Shown here in pieces: positions 42,619-55,034 of a stretch of 64,000 nt of DNA. The DNA is taken from the NCBI GenBank assembly GCA_036867785.1, contig CP145410.1, forward strand, positions 1,674,001-1,738,000, in the 5' to 3' direction. A program made the translations under genes and the position numbers. Positions within the stretch are counted from its first letter, which is position 1, and every line of letters starts with the position of its first letter. The notes under the pieces are model-generated. The model was not told where the DNA came from. It saw nothing but the letters and a program-made list of their open reading frames with translations, and did no database searches. The stretch comes from Plasmodiophora brassicae (taxonomy: Eukaryota).

Positions 42619-43335
42619 CTACGAGGACGAGGCGCGGTGCGTAAACCGGGCTAGGGCCTGCGCGGCGCGTTCAACGTCGAGGTCGTGTGTGTACAGGACG
42701 CTGGCGTTGAGTTTGCGGTTGGGGAACCCCAGGGATTCCAGGTGGTCGAGTTCATTCGAGTAGTCGGTGGCGACTTTGGAGATGCTCTGCGACAGGTCCT
42801 GGATGCGGTCGACGGACGATGCGGACGGGGCTGACGATAGGCTCTGGACGACGACGAACGATTCTCTGAGGCTGCTGAAGCTGCGCTCCATGTCGGCCTC
42901 GACACGGGCGATTACGCCTTCGCTGATGTCGCTGCACCCACTCAACGCGGATTCGGAGAGGTCCTCCTGAACAGCGTCGTCGACGTGTTCCTCGGTTGCC
43001 TGCGACGGGACTTCTTCGCAGAGGTCGAACGATTTATCCTCACGGACGGGGGTCTCATCCACGCGATCCTCCTCCTCCTCGTCGACTGCCCTATCGACAA
43101 CGTAGAACCGCGGCAGGCGCCCGATCATTTCGGCGCCTTTGTACGCGTCCAGGGTTGCGAGCAACGCGTCCCGGGCGACGGGGCGCTCGTACCCCGGCCG
43201 CTCGTAGACGGCAAGGGCACGCGCATCCGCCGCCGACAACGCCCGCGCCAGACCCGCCACCAGGGGCTCCTCCAGGCCAACCCTCAACCGTCGCAACCGC
43301 CCCTGGTACTCGATCTTCACGGTCGTCGTCGCCAT
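42619..43335 (-). CDS. PB1-like + acidic linker/LIR + UBA protein (p62/NBR1-like)
   Basis: N-terminal VKIEYQGRLRRL; ESFVVV; C-terminal YSNELDHLESLGFPNRKLNASVL...DVERAAQAL. Confidence 0.65.
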   Translation of the reverse strand: MATTTVKIEYQGRLRRLRVGLEEPLVAGLARALSAADARALAVYERPGYERPVARDALLATLDAYKGAEMIGRLPRFYVVDRAVDEEEEDRVDETPVREDKSFDLCEEVPSQATEEHVDDAVQEDLSESALSGCSDISEGVIARVEADMERSFSSLRESFVVVQSLSSAPSASSVDRIQDLSQSISKVATDYSNELDHLESLGFPNRKLNASVLYTHDLDVERAAQALARFTHRASSS

Positions 43336-43719
43336 TGCAATACACCACGCAGCTTCGGACCGCCGACCCCACTTTCTGCGTTAATCTGCTGCGGTAGGTC
43401 GTGCTCAAGGCTGAAGGACGACATGTACTGCTCCCATCGGCCAGTCTGGGTAAAGAATCGCCGGTGGTTCATCCCGGGCGGAAGATCGCCCGCAACGGTC
43501 GGCGCTGCCGAACGTTTCTCGCAGCCGGATTCCACGGAACTTCCCGTGCCGATGGCGCTGGCCCAGCGCCAGTCTGGGATCATCGTGGCTGGACGACTGA
43601 CTCTGACGGGGCGGAATTCCGGGCGCCGTACGGCGTTGCTTCGACTGGGCGCCGGAAACTGCGTGACGCCACATTTGACAAACAACCAAGACGGACGAGC
43701 GCCTGCAGCGTCCAGGAAC

Positions 43720-43725
43720 ATGACG

Positions 43726-43757
<32 letters not shown>

Positions 43758-44690
43758 GACGGCGTCAAGGGACGACACGCCGACGACAACGACGACACCG
43801 TCCAGCCTGTCGTGCGATCTGTGCGACGATGCGCACGGGATGACCGCCACCGACCTGCGCAAGCACCGCGCGCAGGCGCACCCGGACGCCCTGCCCTATG
43901 GGTGCAACAAGTGTGGCCGCCGGTTCAAGTGGAGCGGGTCCCTGTCCCGGCACGACCGCATCCACAGCGGCGTCAAACCCTTCAAATGCGATGTTTGCGA
44001 GCGGCGGTTCACCCGTACGTCGATGCCTGCGCTTTCCGAAGGCGCTTCGTGTCCTGACCCAACGTTACAGAGAGCGTTACCCTGCAGAGGCATAAGCGAA
44101 CGCATACGGGCGAGCGTCCGTTCGTGTGCCCAGTCGAAGGGTGCGGCCGGACGTATGCGTCGAACACGTCGCTGCGGTCGCATCAGAACTCGAAGCACAA
44201 AACGGATACGGAATCGTCGTCGCCGTCGCCGAAGGGCGCCGGGAAGACGGTCGTCGTGAAGGCGACGTCCCCGTCGCCCGTGCCTGCGGCTGGCGGGGAA
44301 CCGGCTCCAGCATCCTGGCAGGGCGAAACTGTCGACCCGCTATTGCCCGTTGACAACGGCAACGCGGACGACCTACGCTTTATGCACATGACACTACCGA
44401 GCTGCGCCCTAAACGATCGTCATCGGCCCGCCGACCTGCTGATGGTGTCCGATGACGACGACCAGCTCAACCGGGACGACTGGAACAACGAATTTCGGAC
44501 GGTACGTCGTGCCCCTGGGGGCCATGCACGGTGGCCGGGGTCGTTGTTGCTGACGTTCGCTTCGTTCGCGCAGAATGCCGTCCTGATGAGCCCGCTGATG
44601 GGGAGTTCCGGTGGTGGCCCCGCCGCACCGTCCTGCGACTATACGATGAGGCCCACGACGCTGTCGCACGACCCGTTCGAGGACTGCTGA
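43720..44690 (+). CDS. C2H2 zinc-finger transcription factor (4 fingers), multi-exon
   Basis: YGCNKCGRRFKWSGSLSRHDRIHSGVKPFKCDVC and HTGERPFVCPVEGCGRTY; poly-Ala N-terminus. Confidence 0.9.
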
Positions 44691-44833
44691 CGCGTCTCGC
44701 GCGCCCTCCCACCCCCCTAATATATTCGCTGTCGCGGGCCGGCCGGGGGCCAGACCCGCCTCGTCAGATGCCTTCCTGTATCCATCATAAATACGCCTAT
44801 ACGCCAGTGTTCCGTGTCAGCACGAACGCCCCC

Positions 44834-47800
44834 CTATTGCAGCGCGGGATCCAGCAGGGCCTCGTCGTTCAGGATGGCCTCGCGGTACTCGATCTTGGCG
44901 GGGTCGCGCGCGCCGCCGCCCGGTGCGAAATCGTCCGCGCTGACCTTGTCGGCCTTCATGATATCGGGGAGGTCGCCGGCGCGCCCCTCCTTCGCTGGCG
45001 CGGCGGCGGGCGGTGCCGTCGCTTGCAGCGGGTCGTGGACGCGCGCGATCGCCCCGGCATTCACGGGCGCCTCGCACATCGGGCACGCGCCGTTCTCCAT
45101 CACGAACGACGTCAGCGCGTTGAACAGCGCCGGCGATCGGCACTCGGGGCACTGCGCCCACTCGTCGACGACCATGTGCTTCCCCTGGGCGACGGGGCGT
45201 CAGTGCTGCCGCACCACACGCACCCTCGTCGTCCGCGTACCGATGCGCAGCAGAACGGGATCGTGTTCTGGCAGAAGACGCAGTCGAGCAGCGTCTCGGG
45301 GATCTGGTTCCCGCAGTACGGGCACGGCGACGTCGGCTCGTCGTCCTCCTCCTGGACGCGCCTCCTGCGGCACGCACGCACGCACCGCTCAGTCGGCAGA
45401 CGCGCGCGGGCCACGCGCGCGTACGCACCTGACGACGGCCTCGATGCGCGTCTTGTACTTCCCGTCGATCTGCTGCCGGTACTCGGGGCGCATCAGCATC
45501 GACGCGTACTCGAACGCGCTGCGCTTCAGGCCGGCCAGCTGGCACTCGATGACGGTCTTGGTCAGGATCGCGACGACGTGGTCGCCGAACCTGCTGATGT
45601 GCTTCGCCGTCCGCATCAGCATCCGCGCCGCCCCGTAGTGGTCCCTGGCCTTCGACAGGCAGCGTGCCAGCACGTAGCTGTGCATCAGGACGAGCCCGCG
45701 CCGGATCTCCTCGGGCACCGGCCTGCCGTGCGCGACGAGCTCGCGCGCGACACGGAACAGCAGGTCGTGCGCCGCCTTGAACCGCCCGTCGCGCTGCTCG
45801 TCGTCGGCGATGCGCGTCGCGATCGCCGCGGCGCGGTCGAAATCCTCGACGGCGACGAACAGCTGGAACAGGAGCATGGGCGGTTTCGGCGCGCCGTCCT
45901 GCTCGCCGGACAGGTACCGCAGGACGACGCCGGCGAGGTCGTCGGCGTCCGGCGCGCCCGTCGCACGCGCCCGGCGCACCACGCCGATCGCGTCGCCGAC
46001 GGACGCCTCCGACCCGTCCGACAGGTACAGGCGCAGGGCGCGCTGGTGCTGGCCCATGCGCAGGCGGCACTGGGCGGCGCTCGCGTACGCGCCCCGGTTC
46101 TCGTAGTACGCGGCGATCGCGCCGACCTGCTCGGCGCTGGCCTCGTCGCCCAGCAGGCCCGCGTACGTCGCCATGCGGTCGTGCGCGTCCGCCAGCTGGA
46201 ACGCCTCGTCGGTGCGGCGCGCCAGGATCAGGAACTCGATCGACGCGTCAAAGTCGTGGCGGGTGCGGCAGAACTGGGCGATCAGGGCGGCGCCCTCGGT
46301 CGAGCGCGTGGCGCGCACCAGCGCGAACGCCTTGGCGGGCTCCAGGTGCTCCAGGTTCAGGCGGACGACGCTGACGACGTCGGCGGCGACCTCGTAGGCG
46401 CGCTCGGCTTCGGCGTAGTCGCCCTCGCGCTCCTTGGCCTTGGCGTACTGCGCGTGCAACTTGGGCGTCGTGATCTTCGCCATCAGCGGCGCCGCCGCCC
46501 CGTAGTTCTTCGTCGCGATGTAGATCGCGGCGGCGCGCTCCAGCGCCCCGCTCTCGACGTACAGCGCCGCCGCCTCGTTCAGGTTCGCGCCCTTGTTCTG
46601 CTCCAGGATCGCGCCGCACTCGCGCCGCACCTGGTCCAGGTCGGCGTCGCCGCACGACGCCAGGCGCGCGATAACGGCGCGCCCACCGGCGACGTCGCCG
46701 GCGTGCATGGCGATGCGGGCCAGGCCCCGTTGGCACGCGCGCCACACGTCGCACCCGGCGGGGAGCGCTTCGGCCGCCCGCGCGTACAGGGCGCCCGCAC
46801 CCTCGTACGCGCCGCGCATCTCGAGCTGGGCCGCGTTCTCGCGGCAGATCTCGGGCGCCAGGTGCGGCGCCAGCGTCTGCGCCAGGCGCAACGCCCGATC
46901 CCAGTGCAGCAGGTCCCGGCGCATGTCCAGCGCCAGGCGCGGCTGCGACGAGCGCAGCAGGGCGCGCTCGGCGTCGTCGTACTGCCCGACGATCATCGAC
47001 ACGACGCCGACCAGCAGCTCGGCGTTCTCGATGCCGGCGGCGCGCTCCAGCGCCATCACCTTGGACAGGGCGCCCAGCGACCGGTAGACGTCCGCGGCCG
47101 TGGCGACGTCGAGCGCGACCAGCGCCCGATCCGCCAGCGCCTTCCCGACCAGGTTGACGACGTTGGCGTCCTCGGCCAGCTGCCAGGCGTCGCGCACGGC
47201 GCCCAGCGCGGCGTACTGCCCGCACGTGGCCGCCACGCGATCGGCCGGCAACGCCGATCGCTTCGGGATCGGCGCCGTCGCCGACGACACGACGTGCTCG
47301 TGCGACGCGAGGATCATCGAGGTCAGCGCGGTCGGGTTGGAGGCGCGCGACCCGAAGATGACGCCGCCCTCGACGCCGAACACGGTGAAGGCCGGCGGCA
47401 GCGACGTCCGCTCGACCGCGTCGACCAGGGCGCCCCGGATCGTCTGCGCCCGGTACACGAACGTCTGCGCCAGGCGCTCCTCGCGGCTGGACACGGCGAC
47501 GAAGACGGTGGCGTTCGACGTGCGGTCCCAGAAGACGGCGCGCGTCGGCACCGGCAGGCCGACGACGGGCACCAGCGAGTGGTCCACCGGGGAGAACACG
47601 AACGCGCCGTTGGCGTCGTCGATGACGACGCAGCGCGTGCCCTGGGCGGACGCGTAGACGGCGCGGATCCCGGTGCTGTGCCGCCACTCGTCGACGACCG
47701 TGTACGCGCCGGCGCCGCCCTCGTCGACGACGACGCACGCGATCGTCCCGGACGCGTACCCGCAGATCAGGAGCGAGTCGGTCAGCGCCATCGCCGTCAC

Positions 47801-49290
47801 GGCGTCGCTGGCGGACGCGCCGGACGCGTCTGGGAACACGCGCGCGTCGTCCGGCCGCGCGATCGGCACGACCTGCACCTGGCGGTTCGTCGTCAGCGCG
47901 GCGACGAACGCGCCGTTCAGGGCGATGGCGCGCACGCTGCCGACAAGGTCGACCTCGCGCACCAGCGCGTGGTCGTCGACCCGGTAGATCCAGGCCCGGT
48001 TGTTCATGCCAACGGCGATCTGCGCGACAAGCTGTCAGCGGGGACGCACCGGGGCGCGCGTGGGTACCCCCACCGTACGTGTGCGGCGCCGATGGCCAGG
48101 AACGTCGGTTCGATCTCGAGGGCGATCGTCCGGCGGAACGCGGCGTCGTCGGCGTAGGACGCCAGGTGCGTGACCTCGCGCAGGGACGACAGGTAGACGG
48201 GTGCGCCGCGGTAGCACGCACCGAGGGACGGGATCGAGATCAGGTAGCTGGAGACGAGGCCGGCGGTGGTGGCGACCGTCAGGATCTGCCCGTCGCCGGT
48301 CCACTGGACGGCCCGGGCGACGCCCTTCAGGCTGTCCCGGTCGACGGTCGCCAGCTTCAGCTCGCGCCAGTCGGACAGGTCGACGACCCGGACGCCGTCG
48401 TCGGCGCAGGTCGCGAACATGCTGCCCGCCAGCGTCACCGCCACCGCGTTCATCGACTCGTCGTGCAGCTTCATGCAGTTGAGCTCCTCGCCGATCTCCT
48501 TCATGTGCGTCGAGATGACGACGACGAACCCCTTGGAGAAGGCGGCCAGCAGGTACCCGTCGCCGTACCACTGGTAGTCGACAATGTCGCCGTACTTCTG
48601 CTGGAAGGCCAGCTCGACCGGGTTGGCCGCGTCGTCCAGGTCGAACATGAACACGGTCCTGCGCTCCATGTTCATCGACAGCGTGTTCTCGCGGTCGACC
48701 TTCTTCTCGTTCGCCTTCTTCTCGGCGAACCGGATCGTCACCGGGACGCCCTTCACGGTCGTCTCGTGGAGCGTCGCGCCCTCGGCGTCGCTGACCGTCA
48801 CGACGCGGTCGACGGACGCCAACGCCAGCTTGTTCTGCAGGTTCCACCCGCCGCACACGATCTTCTTCGCGTGCTTGCCGACAATGGGCACCTTCCGTTT
48901 CGTCCTGCTGTTGTACATCAGCAGGTTGCCCTGGGCGGTGCCGACGGCCAGCTGTGGGCCGGTACGCGACCAGAGCAGTATGGTCGGGTCCTTCAGGTTC
49001 GTGTTCAGGTCCGTGCGTTGCCGCGTGCGGGCGCTCCAGAGCGTCACGATGCTGTTGCCGTCCTGGAGCACGGCCAGGTGCTCGCCTTCCTGGTCCCAGG
49101 CCAGCTCCTGGCAGGCGCCGGCGACCGTCAGCTGGAACTGGTCGATCTCCGCGCCGGTGCGCGACCAGAGGCACACCCGCAGGTTCGCGCCGCACGTCGC
49201 CAGCACCGTGCCCGTCGGGTCCCAGGCGATCTTGGCGACCCCGGCGCCATGGACGTCCTCCCCGTGGCTGAACAGGACCTTGGGCGGCAT
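44834..49290 (-). CDS. WDR19: Intraflagellar transport protein IFT144/WDR19, multi-exon
   Basis: WSRTGPQLAVGT..GNL, GKHAKKI, ELAFQQKYGDIV.YQWYGDGYL, ALDMRRDLLHW, LMHSY, ILT.TVIEC, LMRPEYR, C-terminal Zn fingers. Confidence 0.97.
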
Positions 49291-49439
49291 CCTCGTTCGC
49301 CGCCTCCTGGCTTCGTGGTGTTGCAGCCCGCCTGTGACCGCCAGGTACCCTGCCGCCGAGCAAGCGCAGCCGCACCCGCTGGCAACGCAGGGCCATGCAT
49401 GGCACGGGCGGCGGCCAGGAACAGTGATGTGGCGCGCCC

Positions 49440-49961
49440 GGGATCGACGTCAATGCACGCGACGATGCACAGTGGACGGCGCTGCATGCGGTCGCCGATG
49501 CCGGTCACGACAACATCGCCACGATGCTCGTTGTGCACCCGATTGGACGAGCGCGTAACTCTTCGATCAAGCGACGGCGTAAGACGTGCGCTGAAATACG
49601 CCTCGCTGACAAACGAAACAAAATGACGCCCGCTGCGACGACTTCCGGAGGACGGCGTGTACCAGCTCACCGACCTGCGCTTGCCAACCGGCTCTCTGGC
49701 ACACAACCCGCAAACGCGAACGCTCCGAAGCGTCACCGGGAGACGGCGACGACGGCAGACGACAAACACGGGACCGCAACCACCACCAACGGCAAGCGTG
49801 AATTCAAGTGCTGGCACTGTGCTGGGCCACACAAGATGTCTTCCTGCCCAGCCAATCCGTCGAACGAACGACGTGCCGAGCTGGCACGTCCGCATAGTGC
49901 CGATGGACAGCATCCCATCGGTGAACGTCGTAGAAGTCGGACACCGCTCCGGGTCCTGTGA
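49440..49961 (+). pseudogene. Chimeric remnant: a single ankyrin repeat in frame with a gag-like CCHC knuckle
   Basis: GIDVNARDDAQWTALHAVADAGHDNIATML followed in frame by FKCWHCAGPHKMSSC; in-frame stop at 49425. Confidence 0.55.
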
Positions 49962-50285
49962 GTGCGACGTTGCCAGTCGAATAGGGAATTCGAGCCACCT
50001 TCCCTCACCGTCCCGTAATAGTCTTCCCTCTACGGGGTGTCGGGGGCACTGTGAGTGCGACCCCGTCGGCGCAATCTACGGCAAGAGGGGCGGACTTTCG
50101 GGGCGTCTGCAGTTGACGAGTTGGTTGACAACGCCGTGCATTAGCGAATGCGTGCGCTCACATCGTCGGAGGAAGGCGTTGTTCGGCAGAGCGTCGAGAG
50201 GAATTCGCCCGCATGGGCTTGCGCTTCTCAGCTCATGGTGGACAACTGACTGACAATCGCGTCCTGAAGGAGACGTTGCAACGGG

Positions 50286-50738
50286 GTGCCTGGAACGAAG
50301 GTCTTCCTGCGATCCGCCAAAGGATGTCCATCCCGGGTTGGAAACATACTGGCGAGTTTGATGTCTGGCAATCCCGATAATGGCGGTGTTAATTGCATTG
50401 GCGTCAAGATCAAGGGCTCCAGCGATTATTTCGATTTCACCACGTTCAACAATCAGCACGTCTCGTGTGTTGCATTTACGAATGTCTATTTGACAGCGAA
50501 TCTGGTTCATAGACTGAAGAAGGTGCTCTCGGACGTTGTTGGATGCGACGGCGCCGGGCGCATTTGGGGAACGCATGCCCTTCGGAAGACAGGCTATTTG
50601 TTAGCAATCTGGGGAAATGGTGACCTCGGGCAAATTATGCTTTCAGCACTGCACAAAACCATTGAAAGCGCGAAACGTTATTATGGACCTGCAGCTGCCT
50701 TCCTGAAATTAATACGCATTCATGTCGACATAACGTAA
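50286..50738 (+). mobile_element. Tyrosine recombinase fragment (Crypton/YR-element-like)
   Basis: VKIKG, WGTHALRKTGY (HxxR), SALHK (SARHK in the second copy) and catalytic-type KRYY. Confidence 0.7.
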
Positions 50739-51378
50739 TTTCGGAAACTGACTCTCCAACAGGCGCAGCGCTTTGTTACAAGTGGATTACACATGGCAGG
50801 CGATCCACATGTCCGAACACCGAGAACTCGTGGCTCTGAATGAGACCCATCGGCGGCCTGCCAGATCTGTTTAGCCCTGTCCACTGTCACGTCGCCGAGT
50901 CTTTTCGCCTGCATCATTGCCTGAATGCTCTCATTTTTGGCGTCGATGCTCTGTTCCCTCGCCTGCAGGATGGCTTGTGGAGCGCAATGATGTTTCTCGT
51001 CCTGTTCGGAGCCAGAACTCTTCATGCCCCCAAGTTCGCAATGAAGATCCGGACATGTCTAAACAAATCTGGCAGGCCGCCGATGGGGTTCGCATTCAGA
51101 GCCACGAGTTCTCGATGATCGGACATGTGGATCGCCTCCCATGTGTAATCCACGTGTAGCGAATCGCTGCGCCTGCTGGAGGGTCAGTTTCCGATATTAC
51201 GTTATTTATGTCGACATGAATGCGTATTACTTCTGAATTGATATCATCTTCAGGAACGCAGCTGCAGATCCGTAGTAACGTTTCTCGCTGTCAACGGTTT
51301 TGTGCCGTGCTGAAAGCATAATTTGCCCATGGTCACCTTTTCCCCAGATTGCTAACAAATAGCCTGTCTTCCGAAGGG
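50578..51378. repeat. Diverged inverted repeat of about 300 bp, made of two tyrosine-recombinase 3' ends
   Basis: 50578-50874 vs the reverse complement of 51059-51378, with scattered substitutions and small indels. Confidence 0.9.
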
Positions 51379-51397
51379 ACATTATAGTAGGACGTTC

Positions 51398-51853
51398 TCA
51401 TGGACGGCGTGAACGAATTCTTCGCTCTCCCTGAACACTGGATCTCAATGTGGCGGATCGTTCGCAACTTCGCGCGCGTATCCAGATTCGACATGTCCCG
51501 ATCAGCGACGTCGAAATCACCTGCTTCATGATCGATTGTTCTCTTTCCCGGCCATGTACGATGCGCGCATTGGTCCAGCCTTCATCCAAACGGTCCTGAA
51601 CGTATGCGATGACCTTGGGAGGAACTCCACACGGTCCCGAACTTCACTGCAGCCTGAAGTGTTTCATCCATCGTTTCAGCGTGCTCAGAGGTACCCGCAT
51701 ATCAAGATTGGAGCAGAGAGCGGCCAAGATGTCGGTATTCGTGCACCCGGTTTCGAACTGTTCTCGAAGGAACGCAACAACATTGGCGGGTGGCGCCCCT
51801 ATAATCTGTTGGCGCGTGGACAATCCCCAGCACGGCAGAGCGAACAACACCAC
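51398..51853 (-). pseudogene. Degenerate tandem HTH-like (Clr5/transposase-type) remnant
   Basis: PPANVVAFLREQFETGCTNTDILAAL...LSTLKRWMK, then a stop, then a similar PPKVIAYVQDRLDEGWTNARIV. Confidence 0.3.
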
Positions 51854-51984
51854 GAAGCATCAAAGGGGGCCCACGTTTGACACCGTCATTGCTCTTGCGT
51901 CGGTTGGCCGGCCGATGCGGGTTCGAACAATGTGCATGTCGATCGGCTATTGAAACAATTTGGCGTCGCCGTTTATATCCATGT

Positions 51985-52882
51985 CTACGTTGTGCTGTCG
52001 ATCGGTTTGGCGCTGTCCTGGGCCGACGTCGACGATCCGCTCTGGTTGCCCTGGTCGTCGTTTTCTTGCCCGACGGTGTCGCCGCCCCCGACCTGATTCC
52101 AAACGGCGCCGTCGGACGCGTCTTCGCTGGCGTATTGAAAATAATTGCCGTTCGCGTCGTAGTACCCTTCGTCGGCGTAGTAGTAGTACGGGGAGTACTC
52201 TTGGTTCGGATAGGGATTCTGTCCGGTCGGCACGGTGCTCGGGAAGTACGGCGCCGCCGCCTGTTCCACGTAGGGATACGGGTACGGCCCATCAACGTAG
52301 GCCCCTGTTGGGGTGTACGTGTACCCAGGTGGCACAATGCAGTACGATGCTGGCACGGCAGCCATTTGCTGGTAACCGCTGCCGCGTCTGAACCCGCCGC
52401 CCGTGTGGGAACGGGGGCGCTGCGGCGGTCGCGACGTCTTCGCGTATTCAATGTGGACGAGACGCCCGTCGATCACGGCGCCGTTCATTTGATCCATCGC
52501 CAGTCTGGCGCAATCTGCAACGAACGTGCTCGATGGGTCGTCACTGCAGTGTACGCAAGCGGCGGCCACGTACCGTCTGTCGAGTAGCTGATGAAGCCGA
52601 ACCCGCGCGACCATCCTGATTGGCTGTCTTTGACGACGCGCGCCTCGGTCAGCACGCCGAACTTTGCGAACGCTGTGATCAGCTGCTCCTCGCTGACTTC
52701 CCACTTCAGATTCGAAATGTACAATCGCTACCCCATCGCTGTCATCGATGCCGTCTCGCATGAACGCACCGCCCGGGTACCTTTCTCGAGGGCTTCCCCC
52801 TATCGGTCTGGTTCGCGCCGTCGTCCTCGTTCGCCACGTGATCCGGCACACGGCTGTCAGCGCCCGGATCGCCCATCGTCAT
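51985..52882 (-). CDS. RRM RNA-binding protein with a Tyr/Pro/Gln-rich tail, multi-exon
   Basis: RNP2 LYISNL, RNP1 RGFGFISY, MNGAVIDGRLVHIEYAK. Confidence 0.9.
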
Positions 52883-53365
52883 GCGGATAGGCAACTAGGA
52901 CGCCCTCCCCCGGACCTAACGTGGCCCACCGACCGGCCTTAACACCGGAGTGCCGTGCCGACCACCCTTGATGACGCAGTCACAACAAGCCACGTCCGGA
53001 GACCGCGTTTTGGGAGCCCATCGATCAAGTACGCGTTCGATCCGCTCCGTCCCGACCCGCCATAATTCATTATGCAGCGGGTTAATGAATCTGGGGGAAC
53101 AACCCACCAGTTTGCGGGATGATCTCGGGCAATACTCTCCTCAGCCAAGGTCGATGACCTTAAGCACTACTCATAGTATCTATTTACGAATAGGTCATCA
53201 TTCGTCTGGTAGTGGCACACACCCGCTTGTGGGTGCGTACTATATCCTGACGGCCTAGGAGCTACTATTAGGGCGAATGGTCATATAGAGCGAGGCCCAC
53301 GGAGTCCGAGGCGGGCGACGGAGTCCGGGCGCAACGCTGGACACGATTGGCGTTATCTAGTCGCG

Positions 53366-54067
53366 ATGGTGTCGTTGAAGCTTCAGAAGCGCCTGGCCGC
53401 GTCCGTGCTGGGATGCGGTCTGCGCAAGGTCTGGTTGGACCCGAACGAGATCTCGGAGATCTCGATGGCCAACAGCCGTCAGAACATCCGCAAACTGTAC
53501 CGCGATGGGTTCATCATCCGCAAACCGACGGCGATCCACTCGCGGTTCCGCGTCAACCGACGCCAGGAAGCCAAGCGCAAGGGCCGGCACATGGGCCCCG
53601 GTAAGCGCCGCGGTACGAAAGACGCCCGATTCCCGCAGAAGGTCCTATGGATGCGTCGTATGCGTGTCCTGCGTCGCCTGCTGCGCAAGTACCGGGAACA
53701 GCAGAAGATCGACTCGCACCTGTACCATGGCCTGTACCTGAAGGTCAAGGGTAACGTCTTCAAGAACAAGCGTGTCCTCATGGAGCACATCCACCACGCC
53801 AAGGCCGAACAGGCTCGTGAGAAGGCGCTGACGGCCCAGGCCGAAGCGCGCCGTGCCAAGGCGGTCGGCAAGCGTGAGCGTCGCGAACAGAAGATCGCCG
53901 AGGCCGAGAAGCAGAACAAGCAGGACGTCGCTGCTGCGCAGGCGGCCGTTGCCACGGCCAAGGAGTCCAAGGACGTCCCGCCTGCGAAGATGGACGTTAG
54001 CGGCGAGAAGCCGAAGGCGTCCGTGAAGGCCGGCAAGGTCAAGGAGGGCGCGGCCAAGAAGAAGTAG
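53366..54067 (+). CDS. RPL19: 60S ribosomal protein L19 (eL19)
   Basis: [55 protein letters not shown]. Confidence 0.99.
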   Translation: MVSLKLQKRLAASVLGCGLRKVWLDPNEISEISMANSRQNIRKLYRDGFIIRKPTAIHSRFRVNRRQEAKRKGRHMGPGKRRGTKDARFPQKVLWMRRMRVLRRLLRKYREQQKIDSHLYHGLYLKVKGNVFKNKRVLMEHIHHAKAEQAREKALTAQAEARRAKAVGKRERREQKIAEAEKQNKQDVAAAQAAVATAKESKDVPPAKMDVSGEKPKASVKAGKVKEGAAKKK

Positions 54068-54261
54068 ACGTCGCTATGCGTTGTTCCAATCCGCTCCCCT
54101 ACTGAATACATATCCGATATGCTTCCCAGCAGCATACAGGATCCCCTTCATTGTTCGCAATTGGGCGGCGCGGTGAACGCGGCTGCTGGGGACAGGCGAC
54201 GGGGAATCGGGATCAGCGGCGCCGATTTCGTCTTGGGCTTCAGGCGACCTGGATGGTCGAA

Positions 54262-54868
54262 TCATGCGCCCTGGATGCAATTGCCGCTGATGGAGAACGC
54301 CTTACCGATGTAGGTCGAGCCGTGAATGCGCTTCATATGCGATTTGCAGTGCGACGACTGGGTGAACTTTCGATCGCAGAACTCGCAGTCGAACTGCCCG
54401 TCAACGGGTCAGGTGTTGGATGGCGAGACACGTGCGCGTTACGTACAGGGCGCTCGCCGGAATGCAGGCGATAGTGGATGACGAGCGATCCCATCTGGGT
54501 GAACGGCCTAGCCAGTTTCGTTCAGTGCGGGCAGCGCGTCGAACACGTCAGCCGGCCTACTTGTTGCAGACGCTGCAGACGTACTGGACCTGGCCGTTGG
54601 CACCAACCCTGTCGTAGCGCTCGGCGTCAGAGACCGGGGGCAATGTCACAGAACGCGACGAGAGGTACATGCGGCATCGGGAATCCTTGCCAGGCCAGGT
54701 CGACCCGGGCGCCTGTTGGTCCCGCTGGGCGATCGTGGACGCGAAGATTTCCGACGTGATCTGGGTGCCGGGAGGCAGGACGACAGCGGGGCGCTCTTCC
54801 TGCTTGGCGCTCTGGGCGGCGTACGCCGCCAGGCCGTCTAACGTGCCCGGGTCGCACTCATAGCCCAT
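54262..54868 (-). CDS. Two-finger C2H2 zinc-finger protein, multi-exon
   Basis: Spliced YVCSVCNKPFTQMGSLVIHYRLHSGERP-FDCEFCDRKFTQSSHCKSHMKRIH; both ends uncertain. Confidence 0.8.
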
Positions 54869-55034
54869 GGAGCCGACGATAATGTTGATGGGCGCCGCTC
54901 AGGTATCGCCGATGGGTACGGCCGCCTCAGCGCGAATCTAGGTTGTACGACCCGGATGCGCGCGATATCTGACGACTGCACGAGGTGCACCCAGGTACCG
55001 TAACCAGGTACCGCATGGCCGCAGGCCTCTATAA

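Noticed and set aside
44531-48157. 1208-aa plus-strand ORF (and the other long overlapping ORFs at 44.8-49.6 kb)
   Set aside because: Antisense or alternative-frame shadows of the very GC-rich WDR19 coding sequence; Arg/Ala/Gly-rich and without motifs.
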